Below, one piece after another: positions 51,345 to 63,509 of a stretch of DNA of 64,000 nt (the stretch's first letter is position 1; the number at the start of each line of letters is the position of its first letter). Below the pieces are notes generated by a model. The model saw only the letters and a program-made list of their open reading frames with translations, searched no databases and was not told where the DNA came from. The translations under genes and the position numbers were made by a program. The stretch lies in the NCBI RefSeq assembly GCF_036321535.1, contig NC_087458.1, positions 14,136,001 through 14,200,000 of the forward strand, written 5' to 3'. The DNA comes from Camelus dromedarius. Lineage: Eukaryota.

Positions 51345-51790
51345 TGAGTAACATGCCCACAGGCGCATGACAGTCCCAAGGCTAGCCACAAAAGGTCAAA
51401 GAGTGGCAAATGGCCAACTTCCTGGGAATCCCAGCCCCTTCCCCAGGGTATTTAGATTGGTCCTTCCACTTATTTGCATATGAAGCCACCAAAGCCCATA
51501 AAAATGCACAACACTGCCCTCCTCCCCATACTGAGACGGTCTGCACTCTGTCTCTGGAGTGTGTACCTACTTTTACTCTAATCTGAGCACCCAACCCCCA
51601 CACCTCATGGCCTTTCTCTTGCCTTTCAATATATCTCTCTAAATAAATCTACCTTTACTCAGCTGTGGCTCGCTCTTGAATTCTTTCCTGTGCGAAGCCA
51701 AGGACCCACAGTTGGCGGGGCACGTCCCAGGGGCTCAACCGAAGCCTGGGACATGGCCCTCCTCAAGTCCCACATCTGTTTTTCCTGCAT
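51345..51790 (+). mobile_element. ERV1-class (MER41-like) solo LTR, antisense to RXRG; start approximate
   Basis: TATA-like cataaaaa (51497), AATAAA (51642-51647), ctcgctcttgaattctttcctgtgcgaagccaaggaccc, ends in CA. Confidence 0.7.
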
Positions 51791-54289
51791 CAATTAGACA
51801 GATTAGGAAACGGAGGTTTAGGATGATAAAGTGCTTGCTGTGAATTATTAGCAATCTAGAATCTGAGTCTAATCTAGCATAATTTCTGTCAACCTCTCTG
51901 CAGGTAATTAACAGCATTTTGTTTGCATAGCACCCTTCCCCCACCGCCCAGGACCAAATTATAAACCTTGCTGGTACAGATGGATATTGTGCCCTCCCTA
52001 ACACATGCGAGGTAACTGGAGATACTGGAGCAGGGGCTCCGCTAACCAGGACCTGCTGCCTGTCCTTTTAACCCAGTTCCATGCACTGGTCCACCATGTA
52101 CCAGCCGGTCCACCAAGACAAATGCCCGTGAGTGCTTCAGGGATTTGCTGATAGCGCCCCACCCCATCCACAACCTGAAGTCTTCGAACACCAATTCTGT
52201 CCACACCCAGCCCTTTGAATCCATGCCCTCCATCCCTTTCTCTGTCTCTGTAGACTTCCTGTTCACGCATACTCTCCCTTGCCTCTAAATCTGGGCTGTC
52301 TTCTAAAGACTGCAGTCATCTTAAAATACAGCGAACCATATGCCTGTTACCGTCGATAATAGACATGGTATTATTTGTTCTCAGGTTCTACATACCAAAA
52401 TTCCTTGGATCCATTCGCTCCACCTCAGCCCCAAGAAACGTTTCCAGGAATGACTCGTCTCCAAATGTCCTGCAGACTTCACAGCTTGTAACTAGTTGAT
52501 ACGTTCCCTCAGGGCAGGGCGTGGGTCTTAGTTCTTAGTGTCCGGCCGAGCCAAGGTGTACAACGAATGACTGACAGGCATTCTCGGAGCAGCCTAGGAT
52601 ACCCTTTCCCTCCTGGTGATCTCTAACTTTTGCTCTGCTCCCCATGCCTCTGGGGCTGAGGAAACTCAGGGACCGTGAGCCCCAAACGTTCCAAGAGGCT
52701 GCTTCACTGTGACACTAGTGACCAGCCAAAGGACGGACAAAAGAGATGTGGGGTCACAGAAAAGAAACCTAGGCAGCCAGCCTGGAAGAGCCGTCCTAGC
52801 ATATTTATTAAGCACTTTCTTTGCCCCTCCTCTGACTTCTGGTAAAGGCTTTTTGAATTAAAGATCACAAGCCTTCCCACTCTTCAAGTTCAGATGTTGA
52901 ACTCTGAAATCTCATCAGAAATTTGAGATCAATCAAACAATAGAAACTCTTGTTTACTCTCAGTGACAGTATCGGATAAAGGGAAGCAGGGGCTCCAGGT
53001 TATTCAGTTCGCAGTGGAGGGAATTCAGGGGGCCAGGACTCATTAAGGACACTGGCCTGAGGCAAGGGTCTCCTGAAGATTATAGGGATGGGAGGTCCCA
53101 GGTCACCGCTCTCTTTCTGCCAGATCTCATGAGTGTCTTCCCTGGAATGATTTGTTAAAACATGATTTTCTGTAACTGGTGCCGAATCCATGTCTTATTT
53201 ACTTCACTTTGTCAGCATCTCATGTGCACAGTCTGACAGTTTAAGAACAGGCCTAGCTCCTCTAAGGAAAGCCTCCACACAAAACTTTAACTGAATTTGC
53301 TACCGCAGTCTCCAGCATTCCTGAAGCAGGAAAGAGAAACTAACTTTTATTGTGTGTTTACAATTTTCCAGGCTTTCTTTTAGTGACTCCCTACACTGTG
53401 GAAGGTTAACCGTGACCCTGCAGGGTGGGTAGTACTGTCATTTTGCTAAGGAGTGGGAGGAGGGCTTTGCATGGCTTAGCCTCCTCTACTCCCTGCCACC
53501 CCAGGTGGCCCCCGAGGGGACTCAGGGGAACCCAGTTTGAAGATCATAAGCGGCAGAAGTCCTGGGCAAACCTCATCTGCTTTTCCAAGTTTCTTCATCT
53601 GTAACTGAGGGAGGGGTCAGACCAGATGAGCGGCAAGTCCTTTTACTAGCTTTAAAGATTCAGCTCCGTGCAGGGAAGCTGGGTTTGAGAGCTGGTCAGA
53701 GCTGGGGCTGGGAATCACTACTAACCAGAGAACAATCAGAAGCGGTGATAAAGCTTCTCCGGAATGACCCCCTAGGGCTCAGCAGACGTACTGGGACACA
53801 GCACAGCCCTGTGCCTTAGCTTATGCATTTGACCACGGCTGCCTGCCTTCCCATCGTGACAGAAGATTGGAGCAGTTGTAACAGGGGCTACGGCCAGCAA
53901 AGACTAAAATGTTTACTACCTGGCTGTGTAGAGAAAAAGTTTGCCAACCGCTGCCCCAATGCAAAATTGAGTCCCATGTATTAAAAGAAAGTGGGGTTCA
54001 CCTGGAAGTGTTTTTGACCGTTGAAGGGTTTATTAGCACCTTTGAAGGCGCAGCCCCCTACCCCTCACCCATTGCCATTTTATTCATTTGCTGCAGTTAC
54101 GCATGTTCAAAGGGGGAAAGTAATGATCTGTAAGCAAGCCCTGATAAGCACAGAGTAAGAACTGAATGTGTTAGTTGCTGTTCTTATATGTAATTCACAC
54201 ACTCGGAGTGGATCTGGGACTCCACGCACCCCTCACCTCCTTTCCCCACCCGCCACCCCCCTCCCCCTTCCTGAGCAAGCCCCATGTGG

Positions 54290-54540
54290 CACAGGCTTAA
54301 GCACAGCAGCCCTGACATCTGCCTGGATTTAGATCTGGAGTCTGCTCCTTACCAGCTGGGTGACCTTGGGCAGGTAACCCAACCTCCCAGTGGCTCAACA
54401 TTTCTGCCCGTGAAAATGGGGACAGTGATAATAATGGTACCATACTCCCCGTGGTCCTTGAGAATATTAAACGAGATGGTGCATGTAATGCCCTTGGAAA
54501 GGGGCTGGGCACAGGATAGGTGCCTAATAAAAATCAGCTT
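54290..54540 (+). mobile_element. MIR
   Basis: gggtgaccttgggcaggtaacc...gtgaaaatggggacagtgataat. Confidence 0.8.
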
Positions 54541-55009
54541 TTATTTTCACTCTTTTGGGAAAATCACCAAACCAAGACCTGAGTCAATTTCCTGAGAGCC
54601 ATCAAAACATAGGCATTCTAGAATATAAACTTCTTGGAGTCTCTGGGCCTCTGTGTTTTCCACTTTCAAATAAGAGGAGAAGAAAGCAGCTTCCTCCAGG
54701 AGCCCCTGACATCCCAGCCACCCCACTCTGGTGGCTAAGTTCTCTGCAGATACAGAAGCTACATAATGAGGGGAAGGAAGAGGTGGAGAATTTTGATTAC
54801 TCTTTGCATAATTTCTTCCCCCAGTTGCTATTCAGCTCTCTATCTCCTGGTAAGATTGTAAATGTTTCAGAAAATAGTTTATACTAAATATGCTCCTTCC
54901 TAAATCTCATAAACAGTTATTCCTTCCTACATAAACGCTAACCGCTTACGCCCATGGTTGGTCCCCATTAGCCACCCACACATTTGTGGAGGGGAAAAAT
55001 ATGTTCTGG

Positions 55010-55110
55010 CACCCACACAGGCACACACACATACATACACACACGCACACCCTCTTCCCACATCCTCACATTGCCCTCCCTGAATACACACATGCACGAA
55101 CACACACACA
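55010..55110. repeat. Degenerate CA-rich simple repeat
   Basis: Seen directly. Confidence 0.75.
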
Positions 55111-55429
55111 AAAGTGCCTCCAATTCAACCCCTCATCTACGGCTAATCTTAGGTGAGGAGGGGCGCATTCTACACAAATGGTCAGGGCCCAGGGGGCGGG
55201 ACTGTTGCAAAGAGCAGACCCCCAGAAGAAGCCACCAGTGAATTCTCCAGAGGTCAGTGTTGCTCCTGAGTGACGGCTAAGCTGCCCTGTGCTTTATTCC
55301 TCAAAGGCCAGGCTACTGTGTCTGCAACCACTGGGCAGTGCTGTGGCTGGATTAGGGCGTCTCACCCCCTCAGGGGATGCTGCCTTTGTTTCTTGCAGCA
55401 AGTCTGAGCCCCAGAGGCAGAAGCCATGA

Positions 55430-55690
55430 GAGGCAGCTCAGCCCCGCATGGACTCAGGAGTCAGACTGCCCCGGTTCAAAGCCTCGGCTACGCTCTTTTC
55501 CAGCTATTGGACCTTAAAACAAGTTACTTCTTCCAGCAATGCCTCAGTTTCCTCGTCTATAAAAGGAGGGTGATAATGATGGTCATAGAACCGACTCAGA
55601 GGGTTGTTATAAAGATTAAATAAGACAATACTGTGAAGTGCTTACAATGGTAGCTGGCACTTAGTGAGTGCCACAGCGTGCTTGTTAAAT
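55430..55690 (+). mobile_element. MIR, near full length
   Basis: caggagtcagactgcc...gcctcagtttcctcgtctataaaa...gattaaataagacaatac...gtagctggcacttagtgag. Confidence 0.85.
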
Positions 55691-56889
55691 AAAACGAGAG
55701 AAGTCCCCTCGCCCTGATCTCTTCTCACCCTGCGGATTACTGCACAATTGGATGGGGGGGATTACAGGCTTTGTTTTGCCATCTTCTTAGAGGCAGCGAC
55801 TGTCTCATCCAGGCAAACAAATCTCTTCCTGGGCAGCTGGCAGAGCCAGGACATGGCAGAGAAGGAGAACAGAAGGGTTCTCACCTCATCACATGGCGGG
55901 GTCCACAGCTGGGAGAGTGGGCATCTTGGTGGGGCCACTGCAACCCAGCTCATCACCACTCTGTGGCCAACTGGACCAGGGTCTTGTTCACTGATGGGAG
56001 GATGGTCTGACATCTGGTAAGCACAGCCCAGACACAAGACCCAGGTGTTATTTCCCAAGGGTGACATTGCTTCCCTAGAGAGTCTCACAGATCACAGGAG
56101 TCCTCTGTGGTTCCATTTGCTAATATATAAAAGGGCAGGGGTTATACACGACATCATTTAATATGTGCAGTGCAACTTGCCGCAGTGGGGCAGAGGCACT
56201 TAGAGGCTGCAGGTGACTCTGCTCCAGTCCTCAGGTTTCCTTCTGCCTCCCTCCCTGATGCAAGTTCTCAGACCGACCTCCCTGCAGATGAGGGCTCCAT
56301 CCTTTGCTTAGGGTTTCCATCTCTTTACGGGCGCATGCAAACAAAAATGGAAGACATCAGCAGAACTACACAAAATATTGTTCCCCCTCAGGAACGGGGA
56401 GGAAAGTAGTAGCATTAGAGGCAGACGTTTCAACAACCTAGATGATCTGTCCCCTCTCCGCTCTTCGTGTTGTATCAGCCTGCTTCTTCCACGGCCGAGC
56501 TGCTGTGTTTCCTTTTATCTGAAACCTAATTACACTAAATACCAGAGCTCCCACAATTATGGAAATCTAAACCAGCAACGTGTGTGGGTCTTTATGGATT
56601 TAATTTTATTTCCCCAGATTCCTAATTCATTATTCTACAGTAAGGTTTGATTTTTAAATTAATTTGCATGTAAGTACTTGGGCAAATGGAAAGGATGAAA
56701 ATATTAAGTACCAAATATACAGATAACACTTTATAGATGCCTTTTTCAAGCATTGGCACATTTAATTCTTACAACAAGGGTCTGAGGATGGGATTTTAAA
56801 CTTCATTTTAGAGATGAGGCTCAGAGAGATTCAATATCTTGCCTAAGGTCACACAGCTAGTAAATGAAGACCTAGAAGCCAAACTCAGT

Positions 56890-56945
56890 TCTATCTATCT
56901 ATCCATCCATCTGCCTATCTATCTATCTACCTACCTATGTACCTA
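56890..56945. repeat. Compound (CTAT)n/(CCAT)n/(CTAC)n tetranucleotide repeat
   Basis: Seen directly. Confidence 0.85.
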
Positions 56946-58952
56946 TCTCTCTGTCTCTCTCTTTCACACTCTTTCGCCATATCAAACTGAAGGAACAATA
57001 TTATAAGTTTGATTCAGGGGCTTTTTCTAGAAAGGCTCTCCTCCTCCACTCCACATAACCTTGGACTAGTCCTGTCTTCCTTGAGGCCTCAGTTTATACA
57101 TCTGTAAAATGAGAGGGCTAAGATGCCCAAGATTCCAGCAGGCAGCCCCCAATGAATTTTGGAATAGACCTTCTTTCTCCAGACTTTATCTTAGCTCTCT
57201 CTCTACATCTTTCCACCTTCAACCCTTTTATTCATCCCAACTGCCACAGAGGGTCTCTTTGGCCGTCATAGGGACATGACCTCACAGTCCTTGGGGGTCC
57301 CAAGAATCTCATGGATAAGCATGGTCTTAGACAACTGAACTCAGAGAGAAAAGGAAAAAGTTCTTCTCAGCCACGAATGGGACCAAGTTGGTAGCTGAAA
57401 AGGCTTTTTACACCCAGGATCCTACTGTAAACTGAAGATCAGATGTCCAGGGCACAGCCTTGGCCACCACTCTCACTGGGTCATGTCATAAGACTGACCC
57501 GAATAACTTCAACACCACCTCCTCCAGGACGTGTGTCCACAGACCCTCACCCCCTGTGTTGAAAGGGCAACCTCCTCCTGCAACTGATAGGGCATGAACC
57601 ATGCAGTATTACAATGTATCTGTGTAACAAGCTTACCCAGTCCAAGTGGAAGAGACGGTGTCTCACTCACATCTGTATTCCCAGTGCCTAGCCCCATGCT
57701 TGGCCCATAAAAACTACCCAGTGCACCTCAAATGAATGAGCAAACCCCCTAGCTTAACGCCTCTGGGGCAGGAACCCCATCCACTTGCAACGTCCTACCA
57801 TGCCTCACAGAGGGTCCTGCCCAGCAAAGTAGGCAAGCTTTGCTCCCAAGCCTTCAGATGAATTGTCTATCTGTCCGCACAGGAGGTGGGGAGAGCAGGG
57901 ACTTTTCAGTTCTCAAGACCTGACAAGAATCTCTGCTTTGTCGGGCCTGCCAGCATCTGCAGGGCAAAAGCTCTCCCCTTTGGCTCCCAAGAACACAAAC
58001 TACATGCCACCAGCTGACAAGTGAGAGGCCAGTTGGTCAGCTGCTGGTTCCATTTACCCAAAGCTGGGCGACTGTGTTTCTTCTGTTACTGAGTCGAGGG
58101 AGCCTTGGGACCAATGTGCGTGGGTATCAAAGCAGCCCCTGTGGAGTGCGACCTGGCTGCCCTGGCTGCCCTGCCTGGCTAGGCGGCTTGGAGTTCCAAC
58201 CAGCCTGTTTTCTCTTATGAGAGCCCAGACCCCCACCCCTACTCCCAGATCCTGACCCTCAGATTGCAAGTGATGGCAGTGACCCTCCTCAACGTGGAAT
58301 TGGGGGCAGCAGCAGGGGAGGGGACAAGAGGCTATTAGCAAATCAAAAGGGGAGAAAACTGAGGAAGGAAAACAGGGTGGCAAATTAAAGTGCAATTTCT
58401 TTGTTGTTGTTAAAAATCCAATTATAGGGAAATCTGTATTTAAATAAAACCATCAGGCCCTTGCTATGAAGTATCCCAGGGACCCTTAGTATAGGCAAAA
58501 CCTTTTAAATCACGTTTTGTTTCTCCTGACAAGTTGGATAATCGGTACATCACAGTGATTCCCCCTTGCCCCATACACTTTTCACCCCGACGCAAACACA
58601 CTGGGTTATAACAATGCTCTTGGTCTATCTTTGTCTCAGACATATTCCCAAGCGTGTTGGTTTAGGCTCTCCTTGGAATAGCCCCGCATCTTCCCATCTG
58701 TTCACTCATCCTGATGTACAGACATATCCTCACCTTCGGACCATTCTCTCCGCGGCTCGCTCGCCCTCCCTCCCCCGGTGCCTCTCTGCCGCTCCCGTGC
58801 ACGCACACACACTCACGCGGAAACACACCGTATCTGCGTGTAAGCCTATGTGCCCCCTTCTAACTCAGTCCCCATCCGGAGCAGCGGTATCTCCCCATCT
58901 CCGCTCCGTCTCTCCAGACGGCGCACGCCGTGAAGCCCCGTGAAATACTCAC

Positions 58953-59001
58953 CGCCGAAGCCGGTGGGAAACTTCATGAAGTGAGAATAATTTCCATACA
59001 T
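58953..59001 (-). CDS. RXRG: RXRG coding exon 1 (MYGNYSHFMKFPTGFG-G, 49 nt)
   Basis: Minus strand ggcagcaacATGTATGGAAATTAT...GGCG|gtgagt; A at -3; consensus donor. Confidence 0.97.
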
Positions 59002-59248
59002 GTTGCTGCCTCAGTTCATAGCCCTCCCTCCCGCGTCTTCTCGAGAGCTCGGACTCTCCCGGCCCCCCGAGCGCAGCCGGGCTTCCTTCAACTTGGGCTA
59101 ACAAGAGTGGTCATCGCTTCCTAGCAGCCCGGGCAGCTCGGGCTGGGCCAGCCCTCTGGGATTAGTCAGGAATCTGCCTCTAGATCGGAGCGTCCACATC
59201 GTGCGTTGAGCCGGCAGCAGCTGGTGCCTGTCAGTAATCACGCATAAT

Positions 59249-59280
<32 letters not shown>

Positions 59281-59310
59281 TCCTGCCACCGCAGGCGCTG
59301 CCGCCTGGGA
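59002..59310 (-). other. RXRG: RXRG exon-1 5' leader (TSS approximate) with uORFs and GGC repeat
   Basis: GC-rich sequence contiguous with the ATG; resembles the human RXRG 5'UTR as recalled; exact TSS cannot be read from sequence. Confidence 0.7.
59249..59278 (-). repeat. (GGC)10 trinucleotide repeat in the 5' leader
   Basis: Ten perfect gcc units on the plus strand. Confidence 0.95.
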
Positions 59311-59939
59311 TCCTGTTGCTACTTTGATTAACTCGGGGCTGGGCTGCTGCGTGCGACTCTTCCAGCTCCCGCTGGTCCCCAGAGGTCCCTACCGGTGGCG
59401 CGATCTATTATCTGGGAAGCCAATCGATGGGTGACCGCCCCAGAATAGGTCAGGAAAGGGGGGGAAGGAGGGGTGGCGGGGAGGGGGAGACTCTTTAGGT
59501 GCCTTTTCCTTGGCTTGCACCCCCCAAAATCAATGGGGTTTTGTTCCAATGCGTTTTCTCACTGCGGCTTCTATCTATCCAATGCACTGGGTGTTTGATC
59601 TGGGAAAGGGGTTGGGGGTGGGGGCCGAGAGAGAACAGAGCCCTTTCAGAAGCACGAGGCTGGCAGAGTGTGAGACTCCAACCCCAGCTTTGGAAAACTA
59701 AACTACAGTGGCCCTTAGCCCTGGGGGGGGCCCTCCTGCTCTGGTGGCTGGAGGCATTCGTCTGTGGTCTGACAGCAGAAGCTTGAGGGCAGTTAGGAGT
59801 CAGAGCTCGCTCACAGGGAAAACGTACAGGTAGGGGAGACAGGCGTGATGACCATTCTGTGCTGTTTCGCTGGAGGAATGCATTCACCCTATATACTGCT
59901 GTCACCCCGCCACCTGTTCAAAAAGCACCACTGAGTCCT

Positions 59940-60400
59940 CTGATCAAAAAATCTAGGTATCTCTGTGATGTTGGGTCTACTATATTGCTTTCCTGACAAG
60001 CTACTGCTCAGCCTATACTTGAACACCTCCCATAATGGGGAGCTCACTACCATTCTGTTCCATTTCTGGACAGCTCTTACCATGAGAAAGTTTTCTACTG
60101 AGCTGAAATCTGCCTCCTCTCTACCACTTCTCTGTACAGGTTCTAGGCTACTCCCTGGAGCCACACAGGAGAAGCCTGTGGGGTCTTTCACAGTGGGATC
60201 TTCTGCAAATTCGGAGATAAATCTTCCAAGCCCATGTCTATCTTCCCTAGACACTCTTGCTTCCTTTATTTCATGGATCACTAAGTGTTCAAGTCTATTC
60301 ACCATTCTATGAATGTCCTTCAATTTACAGAGATACCCTCATGGTAGGGAAGGGGCCTGACCAGACTTGGATACAATACTCCTGATATGGTCCAAATCTT
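59940..60400 (-). mobile_element. CR1/L3 LINE 3' fragment
   Basis: ENFLMVRAVQKWNR...VVSSPLWEVFKYRL resembles the CR1 ORF2 C-terminus (NFxTVRxVxxWNxLPxEVVxSPSLEVFKxRL). Confidence 0.8.
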
Positions 60401-61299
60401 CTCCTCATGGTGTATCTATTGGCAGAGCAATACGGGTGCCATCAGCACACCCACCAGGGGTCAGAGTCATGAGCTGAGCTCTGAGGGGCTGAAACAAGGC
60501 TGAGAGGTTTCCTCCGGATACAGCATAGCCCCTAGACAGCCAGAGAGGCAGTCAATTAATAGGAGGCTCCACAGGGAAATAACTGATTCACATGGTAGGA
60601 GAACCCAAGACAAAAACTAAGAATAAAGGGCCAGAGGCAGGAACAAAGTCAGGATGACAAGGGAGGAGGGGGCCAAATTGGAGATCAAAACAGAATAAAA
60701 GCAGGTCAGGAAGGAGGAAGGATCAGGCCATCACTGTAGGGAGTCTTTGAGCCTGGAGCCCCCTTGGCTGGTCACTGGTCTCAGAGCATCAGTTGAGAAC
60801 CAATGTGGACACGACCAGTGCAGAATACACACGGAATACCATTTGCTTACTTGCATTAACTTCTGGACAGCCCCACATGCTAACTCATGTTGGACTAACT
60901 TAATAAATCCCAGCCCCCACCCCAAGTTGCATTCTCTTTTATACACATTCTTCGTCCTATTTTGGGGCAACTCGTTTGGGAATCAACATGCAGTATCTTC
61001 CTATATTCCTCTGAAATGAAAACGTTTAGATTCATTCATCATCGCAGATCTTTTCAGACTCTGCTTCTTTTGTCCAGTGTTATTTTTTTATCCCTCTCCC
61101 CATATCATGACTTCTGGGGAGCTGATGAACTGCTTTCCATATTTTATCCAACTCATGGGTAAAAACGTTGAAAAGGACCTAGCCAGGACAACGTCTTACA
61201 GCATACTGCCAGGAAGTCCATTCATTAGTGCCACTGCCACTGCTCTGCCTCTTGCTAGTTTTATGGTCTGGAGAGGCTTTATCTAAAAAGAAGGCATTA

Positions 61300-61480
61300 A
61301 CTCAGAAGCCAGCCTTGCAGGTACAAATCTCAGGTCCATTGCTTATAACCTGACGATATTGGCAGGTTACTGAATCTCCCTGAGCCTCTGTTACCACCTA
61401 CGTTTGTTGTGAGGATTCAATGAGCCAACACATGTTAATCACTTAGAATGTACCAGATACATTGTAAATGTTCCATATAC
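61300..61480 (+). mobile_element. MIR
   Basis: ggcaggttactgaatctccctgagcctc...tgttgtgaggattcaatgag. Confidence 0.75.
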
Positions 61481-63509
61481 GTAAGCTATTTTGATGATGA
61501 TGAAGATGATATAACTTAAAGCAAGTCACTTTACCTCGAGTTCCCTTTTTCTCATTTGTAAAATGATGAGCAGGGTTAGATGAGTTCTAAAATCCCCTTC
61601 AATTGTCAAATTCAATGCAAAGTAATCCACCACCCATCCTGTAATTGTCCATTTTCTCCAGAGAAGTATCTGAAGCAAGGGTCTTACTGAAGTACAAGCT
61701 AAATTTTCTATGGTACGCCTGTCAGTGAAGAGAATGAGTTGTTCCAACTCAATTGGCTTTTTGGTGAGCTGGCACCAGCAAGAGTTCTTCCAAGCACTCA
61801 AGAACCGTCCTTTAAAAAGCTCTCTGTAGCACTTTGTCCAAGGTCGATGTCAAGATAATCTGTTGCTGGTTTGTGGGAGACTCAATTTCTTCCCCTTGTG
61901 CTAAGTTAGCTACACTGTCTACTTCCTTTCCTCCTAGAATAAAAACCAAATTCCTTAGCCTGGCATGGAAAGTCCTCACCATCCTGTCCCATCCTACCTT
62001 TCGAGTTCTTAGAGGAAAGTATCCTGGGACAGTATTGTGAGCCCCCCACCCCCACACCGTCCAGCTGTGTGGCCTTGAGCAAGCTCACTTACCCTGGGGG
62101 TAACAGCCACATCACCGACAACACTGAGGTTCCTGAGTTTGGGTTTTGTTTTGTGGATCAAATGTGATGAGAGCGGTGCATGTGTTTTAGTTTGGTTTGG
62201 TTTGGAGGGTTTGTTTGTTTCACACTGTATTGTTCTATACAAATACAAGGAAGTAATGCGCTCTTGTTTTTCTTTCTTCCCTTTCTCTGATGGTTCCTCC
62301 TGCTCTGACCCTGTTGCTAACTGTGGGAGCACGCTGCGTTCATTCCAACTTCTGGTTCATTGTTCACGCCTGTTTACTTCTCCCAACGGTTTCTCCACGT
62401 AAATTTTCCCCACGTAAATGATAGAACACACAATAGGTGCTCAATAAATATTTTTGCATTAAAAAAAATGCTTGATACACTTAGATTCAAAACATCCCAG
62501 CCTGCTGTCCTTGTGTGATACCTTCCATCTGGCTTAACATTCCATAACAAGCCATAAACTTCGCCTAAAGTACAAGAAATATGAACGTGGCTTTTCTTTC
62601 TAATCCACATTTTTTTTTTTGCTTGGCACCACTGTGCCTTGTTTAAGACTATTGTTGGTATCACAGCCTTATCCTAACCTAAGCCCTTCCCAGACAGTCT
62701 TGTGTCTCTGTCACTCCAGTGTCTCCAGCTGGTCCTGAATTTTCATTAGGATGTCAAATTAAAAACCAAATGCTCTACGTCCATGGTGGGAATCAGCTAA
62801 CTCATTCATGAGAATTCTGAGCTTACTTCATGTCAAGGCTAATTATTTACTTCTCTTAAATGATACATTCTGCTTTTATGAAAGCCATTAGTGCCTCTGA
62901 GTAAATGAAAAGGGCGTGTGTTTTCAGTAGTTAAGTTCAACACAGACGGCATAATATCTTATATTCATCCTGGTAGCGAAAGGATATGGCTTTACCACTG
63001 ATCTTAATTCTTTTTTTGTGTTTTGTTTTTGACCAATTGTGATAGAAAATGTGATTTTGCAGCAAACACAAATGAAAAACCAAAGTCACTTATTTCACAA
63101 TTGCCAGTAGACATTAGATATAAAATGTAGATGGAAATATCTCCCCACTGATGCTATGAATTAATATTATTATATTTGGGTGGTACTTTACTTACTTGAG
63201 AACATATTAAGTTTCAAGTGTTTTCCCCAATATTGAAGAGAAATTCGGCAGGCTGTATTATCTCAATTTTATAAATGAGGACTTTGAGACCGAGACTGTG
63301 ACAGCAGAAAGGGGAAAATAGCTACACTCACAAGTTGGATTTTGAATGTGGTCTCACAATTAGGCAGTGACAGAAATGAGTATAAGAACCAGGCCCCCAC
63401 CTCTGACTCTTAGCCAGCGTGTCTTGCACCAGACCATGACCCTCCTATTATTAACACGTTTCTATTTTATGTGTGTGTGGGCGGGGTAGGGTATTGTGTT
63501 TTTGCCTCT

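Larger units (their letters stand above)
58720..59420. promoter_or_regulatory. CpG-rich promoter / first-exon region of RXRG
   Basis: Visibly dense CpG and high GC around exon 1 compared with flanks; limits approximate. Confidence 0.75.

Noticed and set aside
53093-53105. Imperfect DR1 AGGTCC-C-AGGTCA
   Set aside because: One mismatch and atypical spacer; about 0.3 expected by chance.
60451-60464. CTCF-like CCACCAGGGGTCAG (and similar at 13561)
   Set aside because: Mismatch falls in the highly constrained GGC core.
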